From assembly GCA_041740735.1 (NCBI GenBank), contig JBGSLL010000058.1, forward strand, positions 17,783 through 81,782: a DNA stretch of 64,000 nucleotides. Reading direction: 5' to 3'. Shown in pieces: positions 1 to 9,462 of the stretch. Each line of letters begins with the position of its first letter. Position 1 is the first letter of the stretch. This DNA is from Rhodopirellula sp. (GTDB taxonomy: Bacteria; Planctomycetota; Planctomycetia; Pirellulales; Pirellulaceae). A model generated the notes under the pieces. It was not told the DNA's origin. It saw only the letters and a list, made by a program, of their open reading frames with translations, and searched no databases. The position numbers and the translations under genes are program-made.

Positions 1-91
1 GAATAGGAAACCTACGTCGATCGGAACTTGCCAACCAGGCCAAAGCAATGAAAAACACCAGTCCCAATGCACAACTGATTTGAGACTGCAT
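1..91 (-). CDS. NupC-family nucleoside transporter, N-terminal fragment (gene runs off the left edge)
   Basis: A reverse-strand ATG at 91..89 opens MQSQISCALGLVFFIALAWLASSDRRRFPI. The hydrophobic helix followed by SSDR plus basic residues resembles the E. coli NupC N-terminus (LALLVSSDRKKIRIR, recalled from memory). It sits next to upp (pyrimidine salvage). It is too short to appear in the ORF track. Confidence 0.4.
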   Translation of the reverse strand, partial: MQSQISCALGLVFFIALAWLASSDRRRFPI

Positions 92-99
92 GGATGCTC

Positions 100-735
100 T
101 TAACCATTTTGAGGAGTGTTGAAAATACGATCTCCCGCGTCACCCAAACCGGGGACAATGTACGCTTGATCGTTTAGCCGCTCGTCAATCGCGGCAACAT
201 AGATCTTTACATCTGGAAAATCTCGCTGGACTCGTTCAATCCCAGGCTGGCTTGCAATGATACTCAGTACACGAATCTCATCGACTCCCCAGCTCATCAG
301 CCGCTCAATCACCATCTCGATTGAACCGCCCGTCGCGAGCATCGGATCGAGGACGAGCGCGATGTTGGGAGCGCCTGAATGAGGAAGCTTGTCGTAATAG
401 CCGACCGGTTCGGCGGTTTCCTCATTACGATACAAACCAAGATGCCAAACCGAGGAATCAGGAAGTAACGTCTGGAGTGGGGCGACCATGCCAAGGCCAG
501 CTCGAAGGATCGGGACGATTCCGATCCTAACAGCGAGAGTCTGACAATCTGCTTCAGCAATCGGTGTTTGCACAACGACTGCGCGAGTGGCTAGATCCTC
601 AGTTGCATAGACACCGAGTAATACAGCCAGACGCCCCACGGCATAACGAAACTCGCTGCTCGAACTCTCCCGATTGCGAACGGTACAAAGATGATGTTCG
701 ATGAGGGGATGATCAATGTGTGTGACGTTGCTCAT
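100..735 (-). CDS. upp: uracil phosphoribosyltransferase
   Basis: 211-aa ORF with the PRPP-binding loop LVLDPMLATGGS and the C-terminal YIVPGLGDAGDR motif typical of Upp. Confidence 0.9.
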   Translation of the reverse strand: MSNVTHIDHPLIEHHLCTVRNRESSSSEFRYAVGRLAVLLGVYATEDLATRAVVVQTPIAEADCQTLAVRIGIVPILRAGLGMVAPLQTLLPDSSVWHLGLYRNEETAEPVGYYDKLPHSGAPNIALVLDPMLATGGSIEMVIERLMSWGVDEIRVLSIIASQPGIERVQRDFPDVKIYVAAIDERLNDQAYIVPGLGDAGDRIFNTPQNG

Positions 736-771
736 CGAGTGCGGCCTTCCTTCATGCCAATGGTTACTTTT

Positions 772-2379
772 CTAGCTTAGCAGAGCTTCTTTATCTGCAC
801 TGGACTGCTTCTTGCTTTGTAACACTTTCTCGGCCTTCGGCCAATGGAACACGCCGGAATCAGATTTCTTTGGTGCCGACTCGAGCCCCTCGATCACAAG
901 ATCAATCTGAGGTGATAGTTCGCCAAGTTGTTCGATGAACTCTGAAACCCGACTGTAAACCTCAGGAGCATTGGCAGAGGCAACGAGATTCACTCGACCG
1001 ATGGAAATTTGACTCCCATCCTTCGTTCGCCGAGTGAACAAGGGAACGCACATGGTTAGTTGATATGCTTTCTCAGGCATTCGAACGCTTTGCCATGACG
1101 CATGATATCCCTCATGGAGCCAAGCCAGATTCAAGTCAATTTTCAGACTTGCTAAATCATGGGCTTGTGCTTTTTCAACAAGCGGTTCCCAGATAGTTTC
1201 CCAGGATCCATCTCCTTGCAACGAATGCGTCCGATGCAGTTTTTCTGTATCGATCCGTGTCGGCGGCGTTGAGAACGAACGACAGAAATGCGAGAAGCGC
1301 ACTGCGACCAATCGAGTCTCGGCGTAACCGAACGAACGGGTCAACACAAGCAGACCGAACACGAAAAAGACACCGGCACCTGCTGCCCAGGGAAGGTTGA
1401 AGTAAATCGAAACAAAGGACAAGCCTGTGGTCAAGCTACAAAGCATCGCCACAACGACAAGCATGCCATAACTACCGTATTTGGCTTGAAGGAGATGATG
1501 CAAGTGAGCGCGGTCGGTTACGTAAATACTTCTTCCAGTCAACCAGCGGCGCAAAATCGCTGCACTTGAATCAAACAATGGCAACGCAAGGATCGCCACA
1601 GGCGCCGATGAAAGAACCGTCGATTCCTTGATGTTGCTCCATATCGCAAGCACTCCAACAAAAAATCCAATCATCATGCTCCCAGCGTCACCAAGATAGA
1701 TCGTTGCAGGAGGACGATTGAACATAAAGAAACCAGCAAGTGCACCGGCAATGGAAAAGCAAAGAATTCCTGTGAGGTTGACCCCAGAACGACTGCTGAT
1801 AAGACCGAGCCCGAGACAGACAATACAGCCGACAGTCGTCGCCATTCCGTCTGCCCCGTCGATCAAATTCAGTGCATTGATCGCGATAAGCAACCAAAGC
1901 ATTGTAATCGGCATCGCAAGGGCACCGAGTTCAAGGTTGTAACTGAATAAACCAATGCTATTGATGATCGTGCCACTCCCAGCAACACTTGCCACGATGA
2001 GGCATTGAGCGAGAAGTTTCTGGCGACCGCGAAGTGCCCATCGATCGTCAACCAAACCAACAACGAGAATGGCAAACGCAGCAAAGAAAAGAACGTACCA
2101 CCTATGGTTGTTCAGAAATCCAAGTGAGTATTCGTAGTAATTGCGATCAATGAGGATCGTCGCTGCAAAACTGATTGTCAGCGCGATAAAAACGGCGAGC
2201 CCACCTCCTAGAGCGATAGGAGTGGTGTGCAGCTTTCGTTCAGCGTCTGGCTTATCGATCATGCCGATTGAAACAGCGAATCCTCGGATCAGAGGAACGA
2301 AGATCAAGGAGGAAACCGCCGAAATGAGCAAACTGACGAGCAGCAACTGATTCATATTTTCGCCTACGATGTCTATCAA
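772..2379 (-). CDS. polyprenyl-phosphate hexose/HexNAc-1-phosphate transferase (MraY/WecA family, GT4) with a long soluble C-terminal extension
   Basis: The N-terminal ~350 aa are multi-TM and carry family motifs VGLVDDRWAL, NLIDGADGMA and LGDAGSMMIGF. The last ~185 aa are soluble with no motif I recognise. An alternative ATG lies at 2355. Confidence 0.8.
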   Translation of the reverse strand: MIDIVGENMNQLLLVSLLISAVSSLIFVPLIRGFAVSIGMIDKPDAERKLHTTPIALGGGLAVFIALTISFAATILIDRNYYEYSLGFLNNHRWYVLFFAAFAILVVGLVDDRWALRGRQKLLAQCLIVASVAGSGTIINSIGLFSYNLELGALAMPITMLWLLIAINALNLIDGADGMATTVGCIVCLGLGLISSRSGVNLTGILCFSIAGALAGFFMFNRPPATIYLGDAGSMMIGFFVGVLAIWSNIKESTVLSSAPVAILALPLFDSSAAILRRWLTGRSIYVTDRAHLHHLLQAKYGSYGMLVVVAMLCSLTTGLSFVSIYFNLPWAAGAGVFFVFGLLVLTRSFGYAETRLVAVRFSHFCRSFSTPPTRIDTEKLHRTHSLQGDGSWETIWEPLVEKAQAHDLASLKIDLNLAWLHEGYHASWQSVRMPEKAYQLTMCVPLFTRRTKDGSQISIGRVNLVASANAPEVYSRVSEFIEQLGELSPQIDLVIEGLESAPKKSDSGVFHWPKAEKVLQSKKQSSADKEALLS

Positions 2380-2832
2380 GTTGAACGCCCAGGAAGTCGT
2401 CGCGATTCATCTTAGAATCAAAACAACTTGTTCGCGAAACCGAGTATCGTAGACCGAGATTTTTGTGGGCAACGAATACACTGGTTCGCAACTCGTAAAC
2501 ATTCGCCAACCCTGAGACAAGCAGCAGTTTGTTTACACTGACGAGAGGAGGAGTCAAAGTCACCAGTATAAAAATGAATTGGGCGATGCGAATGCCTTCT
2601 AAACGAAATTTGTCAAAATTCATTGAATATACGCCTTAAACGCATACTCACCCCCACCCATAGAATGGTGGCCATGCATTCAAGCGATTTGTCTCATACA
2701 ACCCGTCAAACTTTGCCAGTCGTTCTTTCCGCGATTTTTGGCTAAACCCTCAGAGCAATCGCGGCGATAAATAGCTCTTAGTGGGTGTTCTTTCTAGCAC
2801 AACCCACATAACCAGTAGGACTAGAACACGGA

Positions 2833-3837
2833 ATGCCTTTGCTGCCAAAGGGGGGCCAAATGGCGATTCGTTCACAAAATTTGCCGCAATCACGAATCAG
2901 CGCCCAATGTGGCGTCGCGGCTCACAACAGCGTATCAGACCATCGAACTTCCAATTCGCAGCCATCACGGAGCAAAACGTTTGCTCAAGTGGTGCTGTTT
3001 ACCGGACTTTCGATTGTGATGCTTGGCTCGACCGGTTGCACCATGTTTAGTGGTCTCGGTCGTGCGGTCTCGCAACATGATGGTCTCGACAAATTCATGA
3101 TCAGTCATCGCAACAGTACGATGGCTGCGAAAGCGTGGCATTGCCAGAAGGGTAACTTCTGTAATCCATCAAGCGCTTTCAAAGATGGTTTTTATGATGG
3201 GTACGCAGCCGTCGCCAAAGGGGGCGTGGTCTGTCCGCCGACGACCGCTCCTTCAAAGTATTGGGGGTGGATGTATCAATCGTCCAATGGCCAATCTGCA
3301 GTGAATGATTGGTTTGCGGGCTATCCGATGGGCGTCCAGGCCGCGAGGCAAGACTGCATCGGAGATTGGAGCCAAATCAGTACGACTCGGTTCCCTCCGC
3401 CTGCACCGCTACTTACGGATTCAGCCGCATTTCCGACGGTCCTCGCACCGGCGATGATCGGAAGCCAGTCGATTGACTCCGCTACGAGTCCTTTCATTCC
3501 TACCGACGGGGATGTTACGGATATCGATTCGAAGCCAATCGAAGACACTCCGGACCCGAATAAAACACTTGATAAAGATGAGACGCCTACGCCGAAAGAT
3601 CGGCTCAAAGACGCTCTTGATCTGAACAAGGATGACACTGCGATGCAGTGGCAACCGAACTCCGGTGGCTATTCCTATTCCACTTCGTCCAAACCGGCGA
3701 AGTCAGTAGGGGATTGGGCGAGTGCGGCAGGAGTCGAGGCAAATTCGCCTGGAGAGAGTTCAAGTTCGGGACGTGCTGTTTACAGCGATCCCGCGCCTTC
3801 GACAAGTAGTAGCAAGCTGCCGTTCAGCTTTCAATAA
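2833..3837 (+). CDS. hypothetical lipoprotein or secreted protein
   Basis: A hydrophobic stretch ends in the lipobox-like LGSTGC. The C-terminal half is Ser/Pro/Asp-rich and low in complexity. No family recognised, and the start is uncertain. Confidence 0.5.
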   Translation: MPLLPKGGQMAIRSQNLPQSRISAQCGVAAHNSVSDHRTSNSQPSRSKTFAQVVLFTGLSIVMLGSTGCTMFSGLGRAVSQHDGLDKFMISHRNSTMAAKAWHCQKGNFCNPSSAFKDGFYDGYAAVAKGGVVCPPTTAPSKYWGWMYQSSNGQSAVNDWFAGYPMGVQAARQDCIGDWSQISTTRFPPPAPLLTDSAAFPTVLAPAMIGSQSIDSATSPFIPTDGDVTDIDSKPIEDTPDPNKTLDKDETPTPKDRLKDALDLNKDDTAMQWQPNSGGYSYSTSSKPAKSVGDWASAAGVEANSPGESSSSGRAVYSDPAPSTSSSKLPFSFQ

Positions 3838-3946
3838 CGTGAATTCGTAGAAATACGGACCACTGAAAAATTTGTTTTACACTGGCGACGCCACGGAAGC
3901 GCACCAATTTACGCATAAGCATTGACCTTCGTTAGAGAGTTCAGGG

Positions 3947-5299
3947 ATGAACAGGAAACCTTTGCAAGCCATAAAACGGGCGCGACGAGTGATTCGGTCC
4001 TTACAGACCGTGGTTGCCGCTGGCCTACTTTGTTCAACCTTTAGTGGTTGTTCAACACTCACGATGCCGATCGACGGAGTTCCCGCGAATCGACTTCCAC
4101 CAGAATTCTTTGCTGAGCCAAAGAACGACTTGGTGCCTGTCGATATCTCGCTGCTGTCGCTCGAACCTCCTCGTGACTATCAACTCGATGGCGGTGACAT
4201 TCTCGGTGTTTACATCGAGGGCGTCCTGCCGTTTAATCCGCCGAACGCTCCTCCGGAGCCACCGCCGGTAAACTTTCCCGACCGCGATAGTACCTTGCCA
4301 CCGTCGATCGGTTATCCGATCGCTGTGCAGGATGACGGCACACTCGCGTTGCCTCTCATCGAGCCACTCAAGGTCAAAGGTTTGACTCTTGAACAAGTTC
4401 GCGAAGCCATTCGTGATGCCTACATTGATGAAGAGATTTTGCGACCTGAAAAAGCTCGCCCGATTGTGACCATCATCAAGGAACGAACGTACGATATCAT
4501 CGTCGTGCGGGAAGATGGTGGAAATCTTAACACTCAGTCGCTTGCTGCAGACTTCATTCGTGGAACGAGTGATCGCAGTGCAAGTGGAGCCATGGTTAAG
4601 TTGCCAGCATATCAAAACGATGTGCTGCATGCGTTGGTCGAAACAGGCGGTTTGCCTGGACTTAACGCGAAAAACGAAGTGCGAGTCCTCCGTGCAAGCC
4701 TAGCTGATCAGCGGAAACGGTCGCAGTTTATGCAGCAGTTCTATGCTCAACAGCAAGCTGCTCTATTGGATCCATGTGTATGCCCACCAGAGCTTCCTGA
4801 AGATCCTTCGATCTTAAGGATTCCGCTACGGGTCAAACCTGGAGTGGTTCCGAACATCTCTCCAAAAGATATCGAGCTCGAAGACGGTGACATTGTTTAC
4901 ATCGAATCACGTGAGACAGAGGTGTTCTACACCGGCGGATTGTTGCCGGGCGGTGAGCATTCGCTTCCACGTGACTATGATCTCGATATCCTCGGGGCAA
5001 TGGCCATCGCAGGCGGCGGTGTCGGAACTGTTCAGCAACAAGGCGGGGGAGGACTCGGTGGAGCACGTTCGATCGGCGGTGTGCCACCAGGACGCGCTTA
5101 CATCCTCAGGAAGACTCGCTGCAATGGCCAAGTTGCCATCGAAGTGGATCTAGCGGCGGCTGTAAACGACCCACGCCAACGTCCCCTGATCCAAGCTGGC
5201 GATACCATTATCCTCCAGTACAAATGCGAAGAGGAACTGCTGAACTTCGGACTGGGTAGCTTCTTCACCTATGGTTTGGCTTCGATTGTAAGACGTTAA
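3947..5299 (+). CDS. polysaccharide export protein (Wza / Poly_export plus SLBB-like)
   Basis: Lipobox LLCSTFSGCS. YQLDGGDILGVYIEG and GLTLEQVREAIRDAY are typical of the Poly_export domain. Later GD-I-V / GDTIIL segments resemble SLBB domains. Confidence 0.75.
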   Translation: MNRKPLQAIKRARRVIRSLQTVVAAGLLCSTFSGCSTLTMPIDGVPANRLPPEFFAEPKNDLVPVDISLLSLEPPRDYQLDGGDILGVYIEGVLPFNPPNAPPEPPPVNFPDRDSTLPPSIGYPIAVQDDGTLALPLIEPLKVKGLTLEQVREAIRDAYIDEEILRPEKARPIVTIIKERTYDIIVVREDGGNLNTQSLAADFIRGTSDRSASGAMVKLPAYQNDVLHALVETGGLPGLNAKNEVRVLRASLADQRKRSQFMQQFYAQQQAALLDPCVCPPELPEDPSILRIPLRVKPGVVPNISPKDIELEDGDIVYIESRETEVFYTGGLLPGGEHSLPRDYDLDILGAMAIAGGGVGTVQQQGGGGLGGARSIGGVPPGRAYILRKTRCNGQVAIEVDLAAAVNDPRQRPLIQAGDTIILQYKCEEELLNFGLGSFFTYGLASIVRR

Positions 5300-5332
5300 A
5301 CATTCCTAACGCGATCATGTCAATGCGAACAC

Positions 5333-5380
5333 AAGGCTGTGTTTCAAACAAGTGTTTGAAGTACAGCCTTTTTCTTTTTG
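5333..5380 (+). terminator. rho-independent terminator candidate after the export gene
   Basis: Long hairpin AAGGCTGTGTTTCAAACA / TGTTTGAAGTACAGCCTT followed by TTTTTCTTTTT. Confidence 0.6.
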
Positions 5381-5584
5381 CTTCCAAGGCTTACTAACTC
5401 GATGCCACGACGTTTGTCAAGAGTCTCACAATTGTTAAAAAAAGTGAGGGATAATTGCCTTGCGAGTACCGTGACTCCCTCACTAATATGAAGTTAGCTC
5501 GTGACGTCGTTATTGAAAACTTTTCGCAGCAGGCAGCGTAGCCTCAACGTCCAAAGCAACCCCTTCTAGTCGGATGAACCATTG

Positions 5585-5893
5585 ATGATCCATTACACTT
5601 GTGATCGCTGTAAACGGGAAATCGATATGACGTGCGAAACTCGCTATACCGTTCAACTAGAAGTTCAGGCAGCCCGTGATTCGCAACATGCAGAATTTGA
5701 CGACGACATTGATCATCTCACTGAACTTCATCAAATCCTAGAAGGGATCGCCGACGAAGAGGAGCTCGATTATCATTCCGAGGAATCGAGCTTGCGAGGT
5801 TGCTATGATCTATGTCCCGATTGCCATCGTCAGTTTCTTAAAAACCCACTCGGGCGCGACGCCATGCTGGCGATTGGTTTCAGCAACAACTAG
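5585..5893 (+). CDS. hypothetical acidic zinc-ribbon protein
   Basis: Two CxxC pairs, CDRC near the N-terminus and CPDC near the C-terminus, flank a highly acidic helical middle. ATG at 5585; the ORF track starts at the TTG at 5582. Confidence 0.5.
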   Translation: MIHYTCDRCKREIDMTCETRYTVQLEVQAARDSQHAEFDDDIDHLTELHQILEGIADEEELDYHSEESSLRGCYDLCPDCHRQFLKNPLGRDAMLAIGFSNN

Positions 5894-5922
5894 GCTTTAA
5901 CGCCTATTCCTCTTCATTAAAC

Positions 5923-7038
5923 CTATTCCTCTTTAATCGGATGGCGAGAAGCAGCGTATCGCTCTTTCCCATCGCGCTGCTTTTTATCGAGGTTCTCTTC
6001 TTGATTCTTCGCAATCTCCGAAGAACTCGAACGATGTCGACTCAGCTGAATAAATTTGTCTCGGGCCTCGCAGTAATCGATCGCCACCACTCGCGTTTGA
6101 ACCGGCAGCCGCAAAATGTCTTTGTCCGAATGAGGATTTGTTGTGGCAAGCAAGATCCCTTGAACCCACGCATCAGACCGAACTCGCTCCTGCGGATCAA
6201 AGAGCTGGGTTACGTTCTTTAGAAAGCTCGGCAGTGATGAATGCTCTTTTCTCGCCGCATTGGCCGCTGCGATCCGTAGTGCCTCTTCAGCTCGCGAGAG
6301 TGAGGTCGCAGCTTGATACGCAAGCTGATCTCCATCGCCAAACACCGCCACCACGAATTGAGCATGCCCGAGTGTCTCCGTTTCGGCCTCCCAGCTACCA
6401 AATGACTTTCGTTCGCTTTGTGCAATCACCGACACGTCGATCAATCCAGTTCGCCAAGATTCGGGGACACTCAACGTTAAATGAAATACTTTTTCCCCTT
6501 CGAGCACTTGCTGTTCAGTCCACTTCAGTTTGAAGTAAACACCGCGACCGCGATTGATGGTTCCTGATGCTGTCACCGCTTGAACCGGAGCCAATCGATC
6601 GTATTGCTGACATTCGCTTTTTTTGTTGCCGTGGTCGGTTCCCGTGTGGCCTCGAACAAGGTTCGTGTAGTTGCCATCAAGTGAAATTCCCGCAGAGCTT
6701 GTTTTCTCGTCCGAAGTCTTGATTTGAATCGAACCTTGGATCGAGCTTGCCACTTCCGTTCGCGGTGCGTAGTCGGCGATCATGATCGACTCATCACGAG
6801 GCTGGCATCGAACAACCCACTGATCAATTGGTTTCGGTTTTGGCGAGAGGATCATTGAAGACAGTCTCAGTTCAACTTCGACCAAACGATGGCCGTTTGC
6901 ATCACACGACACAGGAACAGCTCCTGTGATGAGCGGCAAGTCAAACGAAATTTCCGGAGTGCTTGATCTCGCATTTTCCAGCCTGTTCACGGATCCCAAA
7001 AACAACAGCAGAATCAAACCAAAGAACCGTTTCGACAT
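5923..7038 (-). CDS. hypothetical secreted protein
   Basis: N-terminal signal peptide MSKRFFGLILLLFLGS. No recognisable domain. Charged C-terminal tail. Confidence 0.55.
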   Translation of the reverse strand: MSKRFFGLILLLFLGSVNRLENARSSTPEISFDLPLITGAVPVSCDANGHRLVEVELRLSSMILSPKPKPIDQWVVRCQPRDESIMIADYAPRTEVASSIQGSIQIKTSDEKTSSAGISLDGNYTNLVRGHTGTDHGNKKSECQQYDRLAPVQAVTASGTINRGRGVYFKLKWTEQQVLEGEKVFHLTLSVPESWRTGLIDVSVIAQSERKSFGSWEAETETLGHAQFVVAVFGDGDQLAYQAATSLSRAEEALRIAAANAARKEHSSLPSFLKNVTQLFDPQERVRSDAWVQGILLATTNPHSDKDILRLPVQTRVVAIDYCEARDKFIQLSRHRSSSSEIAKNQEENLDKKQRDGKERYAASRHPIKEE

Positions 7039-7383
7039 ATTCGTTTCCTTTTCCCAGCCTTGCGTAATCGATCATGCAACTTTAGCGTTGCAAAAACAGC
7101 CGGATCCGTCTGGCACCGCAGGATCGCTCCGTAATGAAACAGGCCCAATCCGCGCTTACCATTTTCCATCGTGGAAAAGGGGAACACCGCAGCGAGTAAA
7201 GCACTCGCAGGCGTGATCAATAGAAATCTATCGCGGTAACGAGCAAAAGCAAATTTTCAAGCGGCGTCGATAACTCGAATCAAGAAAGGACCGTCCATCA
7301 GTCCGACTGCGTGAAACTTTCCGATTAGGATCGATCATTCGGAAATCAACGTCCCGTTCAGCGGGCAAGCTGTGAAACAATCC

Positions 7384-7965
7384 TCAGCTATGCATCCGAG
7401 CCAATGAAGAACCCGACTGAATGATCTCCGACTCTGCTTCCGACAGTTGGTCGAGTCTCGCCCGAACCGTTTCACGAGAGGCAAAATGCTCGGCCAATCG
7501 GACGTAAGTCGTATGGTGTCGAGCTTCACTTTCAAAGAGACCTGCGTAGAATTCGGCCAATTTCGGATCTTTCTCACGGATATGTTCGGCGAGCAAGCTA
7601 AACCGCTCACAGCTTCGCGCCTCGATCAATGATGCGACCAACAGCCGGTCAATCGCTCGATCGGGTTCTTGTGAACGCACCCACTGGTTGAGCTCTCGAC
7701 CGTAGGGACCAACCGCCAAGCGACGAAATGCGATCCCACGTTCATCTAGAATATTGAGCACCATGTCAAAGTGTTCCAGTTCCTCTTGGATGATGCGCGT
7801 CATTTCGCGACACAGGTCTCGATTCTCGGTGTAGGCATTCATCAGATTCATTGCAGTCGCGGCTGCTTTGCGTTCGCAATGAGCATGATCGATTAGGATC
7901 TCATCGAGACTCGCATCGACCTGGGCCAACCAACGCCTTGCGGATTCGGATTTCAAGTGCAACAT
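7384..7965 (-). CDS. miaE: tRNA-(ms2io6A37)-hydroxylase
   Basis: Di-iron helical-bundle motifs DHAHCERKAA, EELEHF, IEARSCERF and ESEARHH match the MiaE family (Salmonella MiaE recalled). Confidence 0.8.
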   Translation of the reverse strand: MLHLKSESARRWLAQVDASLDEILIDHAHCERKAAATAMNLMNAYTENRDLCREMTRIIQEELEHFDMVLNILDERGIAFRRLAVGPYGRELNQWVRSQEPDRAIDRLLVASLIEARSCERFSLLAEHIREKDPKLAEFYAGLFESEARHHTTYVRLAEHFASRETVRARLDQLSEAESEIIQSGSSLARMHS

Positions 7966-7968
7966 GGT

Positions 7969-8949
7969 TTATTCCGCAAACAGAGCTTCTGCGAATGCTT
8001 TCGGATTGAAGGAGGCGAGGTCGTTGATCCCTTCACCAAGTCCCACATACTTCACAGGCAATTTGAACTGTTCTCGGATCGGCAGGATCACGCCTCCTTT
8101 GGCGGACCCGTCTAGTTTCGCCAAAATGATCCCAGTGCATTTCGCCGCATCGCTAAATCCTTTCGCTTGGCTAATGGCGTTCTGCCCTGCGGTTGCGTCC
8201 AGGACGAGCAAGACTTCATGCGGTGCTCCTTCAATTTTTTTCTCAATGACTCGGCGGATTTTCTCAAGTTGCTGCATCAGATTCGATTGCGTTTGCAATC
8301 GGCCGGCGGTATCGATGATGGCAACATCAGCACCCACTTCGAGCGCCCGCTCGACAGTTTGAAACGCAACACTCGCCGGGTCCGCTTCATGTTTCCCCGT
8401 CACGATCTCGCATCCAATCCGGCTGGCCCAGATCGTTAACTGCTCGACCGCCGCAGCTCGAAACGTGTCGCCCGCACCGAGCACGACCTTATTTCCACCG
8501 CGGTGCAAGTGCATCGCAAGTTTTCCGATTGAGGTGGTTTTTCCGCTTCCATTGACTCCAACGACCAGAATGACGGTAGGACCTGAATCCACAAATCGAA
8601 GATTCGTTTTTTCTTGAGCGAGCATCGTCTGAGTTTGTTCCGTGATTGCCGCAATCACTTCGTTAAAGTGAACCACTCGACCACGAAACCGCCGGGCGAC
8701 ATCGTCACGCAACGACTCAGCGGGCCCAATTCCCATATCGGTCCGAATCAATCGAGCGAATAACTCATCGAGAAAGGTTTCGTCAACGAGCCGACCCTCG
8801 TTTTTGAACAAGTCTCGAATGTCGGTATTCAGGGTGCGACGAGTCTTTTGAAGTCCCGCCTTCATTTTTGCAATTAATCCACCCCCAGAGTTTTCTACTG
8901 ATTCAGGGGTTTCTACGGAATCTGCTTTCTTGGAACGCCAAAACGCCAT
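7969..8949 (-). CDS. ftsY: signal recognition particle receptor
   Basis: SRP GTPase motifs GVNGSGKTTSIGK, DTAGRLQ and AKLDGSAKGG, with an N-terminal helical N-domain. Confidence 0.92.
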   Translation of the reverse strand: MAFWRSKKADSVETPESVENSGGGLIAKMKAGLQKTRRTLNTDIRDLFKNEGRLVDETFLDELFARLIRTDMGIGPAESLRDDVARRFRGRVVHFNEVIAAITEQTQTMLAQEKTNLRFVDSGPTVILVVGVNGSGKTTSIGKLAMHLHRGGNKVVLGAGDTFRAAAVEQLTIWASRIGCEIVTGKHEADPASVAFQTVERALEVGADVAIIDTAGRLQTQSNLMQQLEKIRRVIEKKIEGAPHEVLLVLDATAGQNAISQAKGFSDAAKCTGIILAKLDGSAKGGVILPIREQFKLPVKYVGLGEGINDLASFNPKAFAEALFAE

Positions 8950-9462
8950 CTGTCAAATCGCAGGAATAGAGGAAAGGTGATGCCCAGTGCTGGTGATACC
9001 CAGTGCCACTCATGATTCTGGCTGAAAGGAGGCCAGACGCCTAGATGCGGCGAATCGTTATAATCCGAACCACTGTAACGCACGTTACCACCGCCAAGAA
9101 TGGAAAAGGCGGATCATCGGGATAGGTTTCCCCAATGATTGCGTGCGGCACAGCACAAGGCAAATCATGGACACTTTACAGTGAAGAAAAGCGGATTCGC
9201 CAGTTCCGCTCCGATAACTCTCTCTGAAGACACAGCGACTGTGCTGTGAAGACGAAGCGTGGACTAGGGAAGGTCGATCGCATTTTTGAAGTAGCCCCTC
9301 GGGATTTCTTCAGGCGGAAATCTGAGCTCGCGAATCCTACTCGATTTTGGGGACGTCTTTCCCCTCTCGTTCTGGTTCCAATGAATTGGTGCTGGAATCC
9401 ACGTGGTTGTTGCCATGTTTAACAAACCACCCTTTATGGATATTGGGGAGTAGAGAGCGAAT

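Noticed and set aside
2252-2623. A 123-aa minus-strand ORF upstream of the WecA-like gene.
   Set aside because: It overlaps the 5' end of the WecA-like gene in another frame, and its composition is non-protein-like. The region is more likely promoter or leader sequence.
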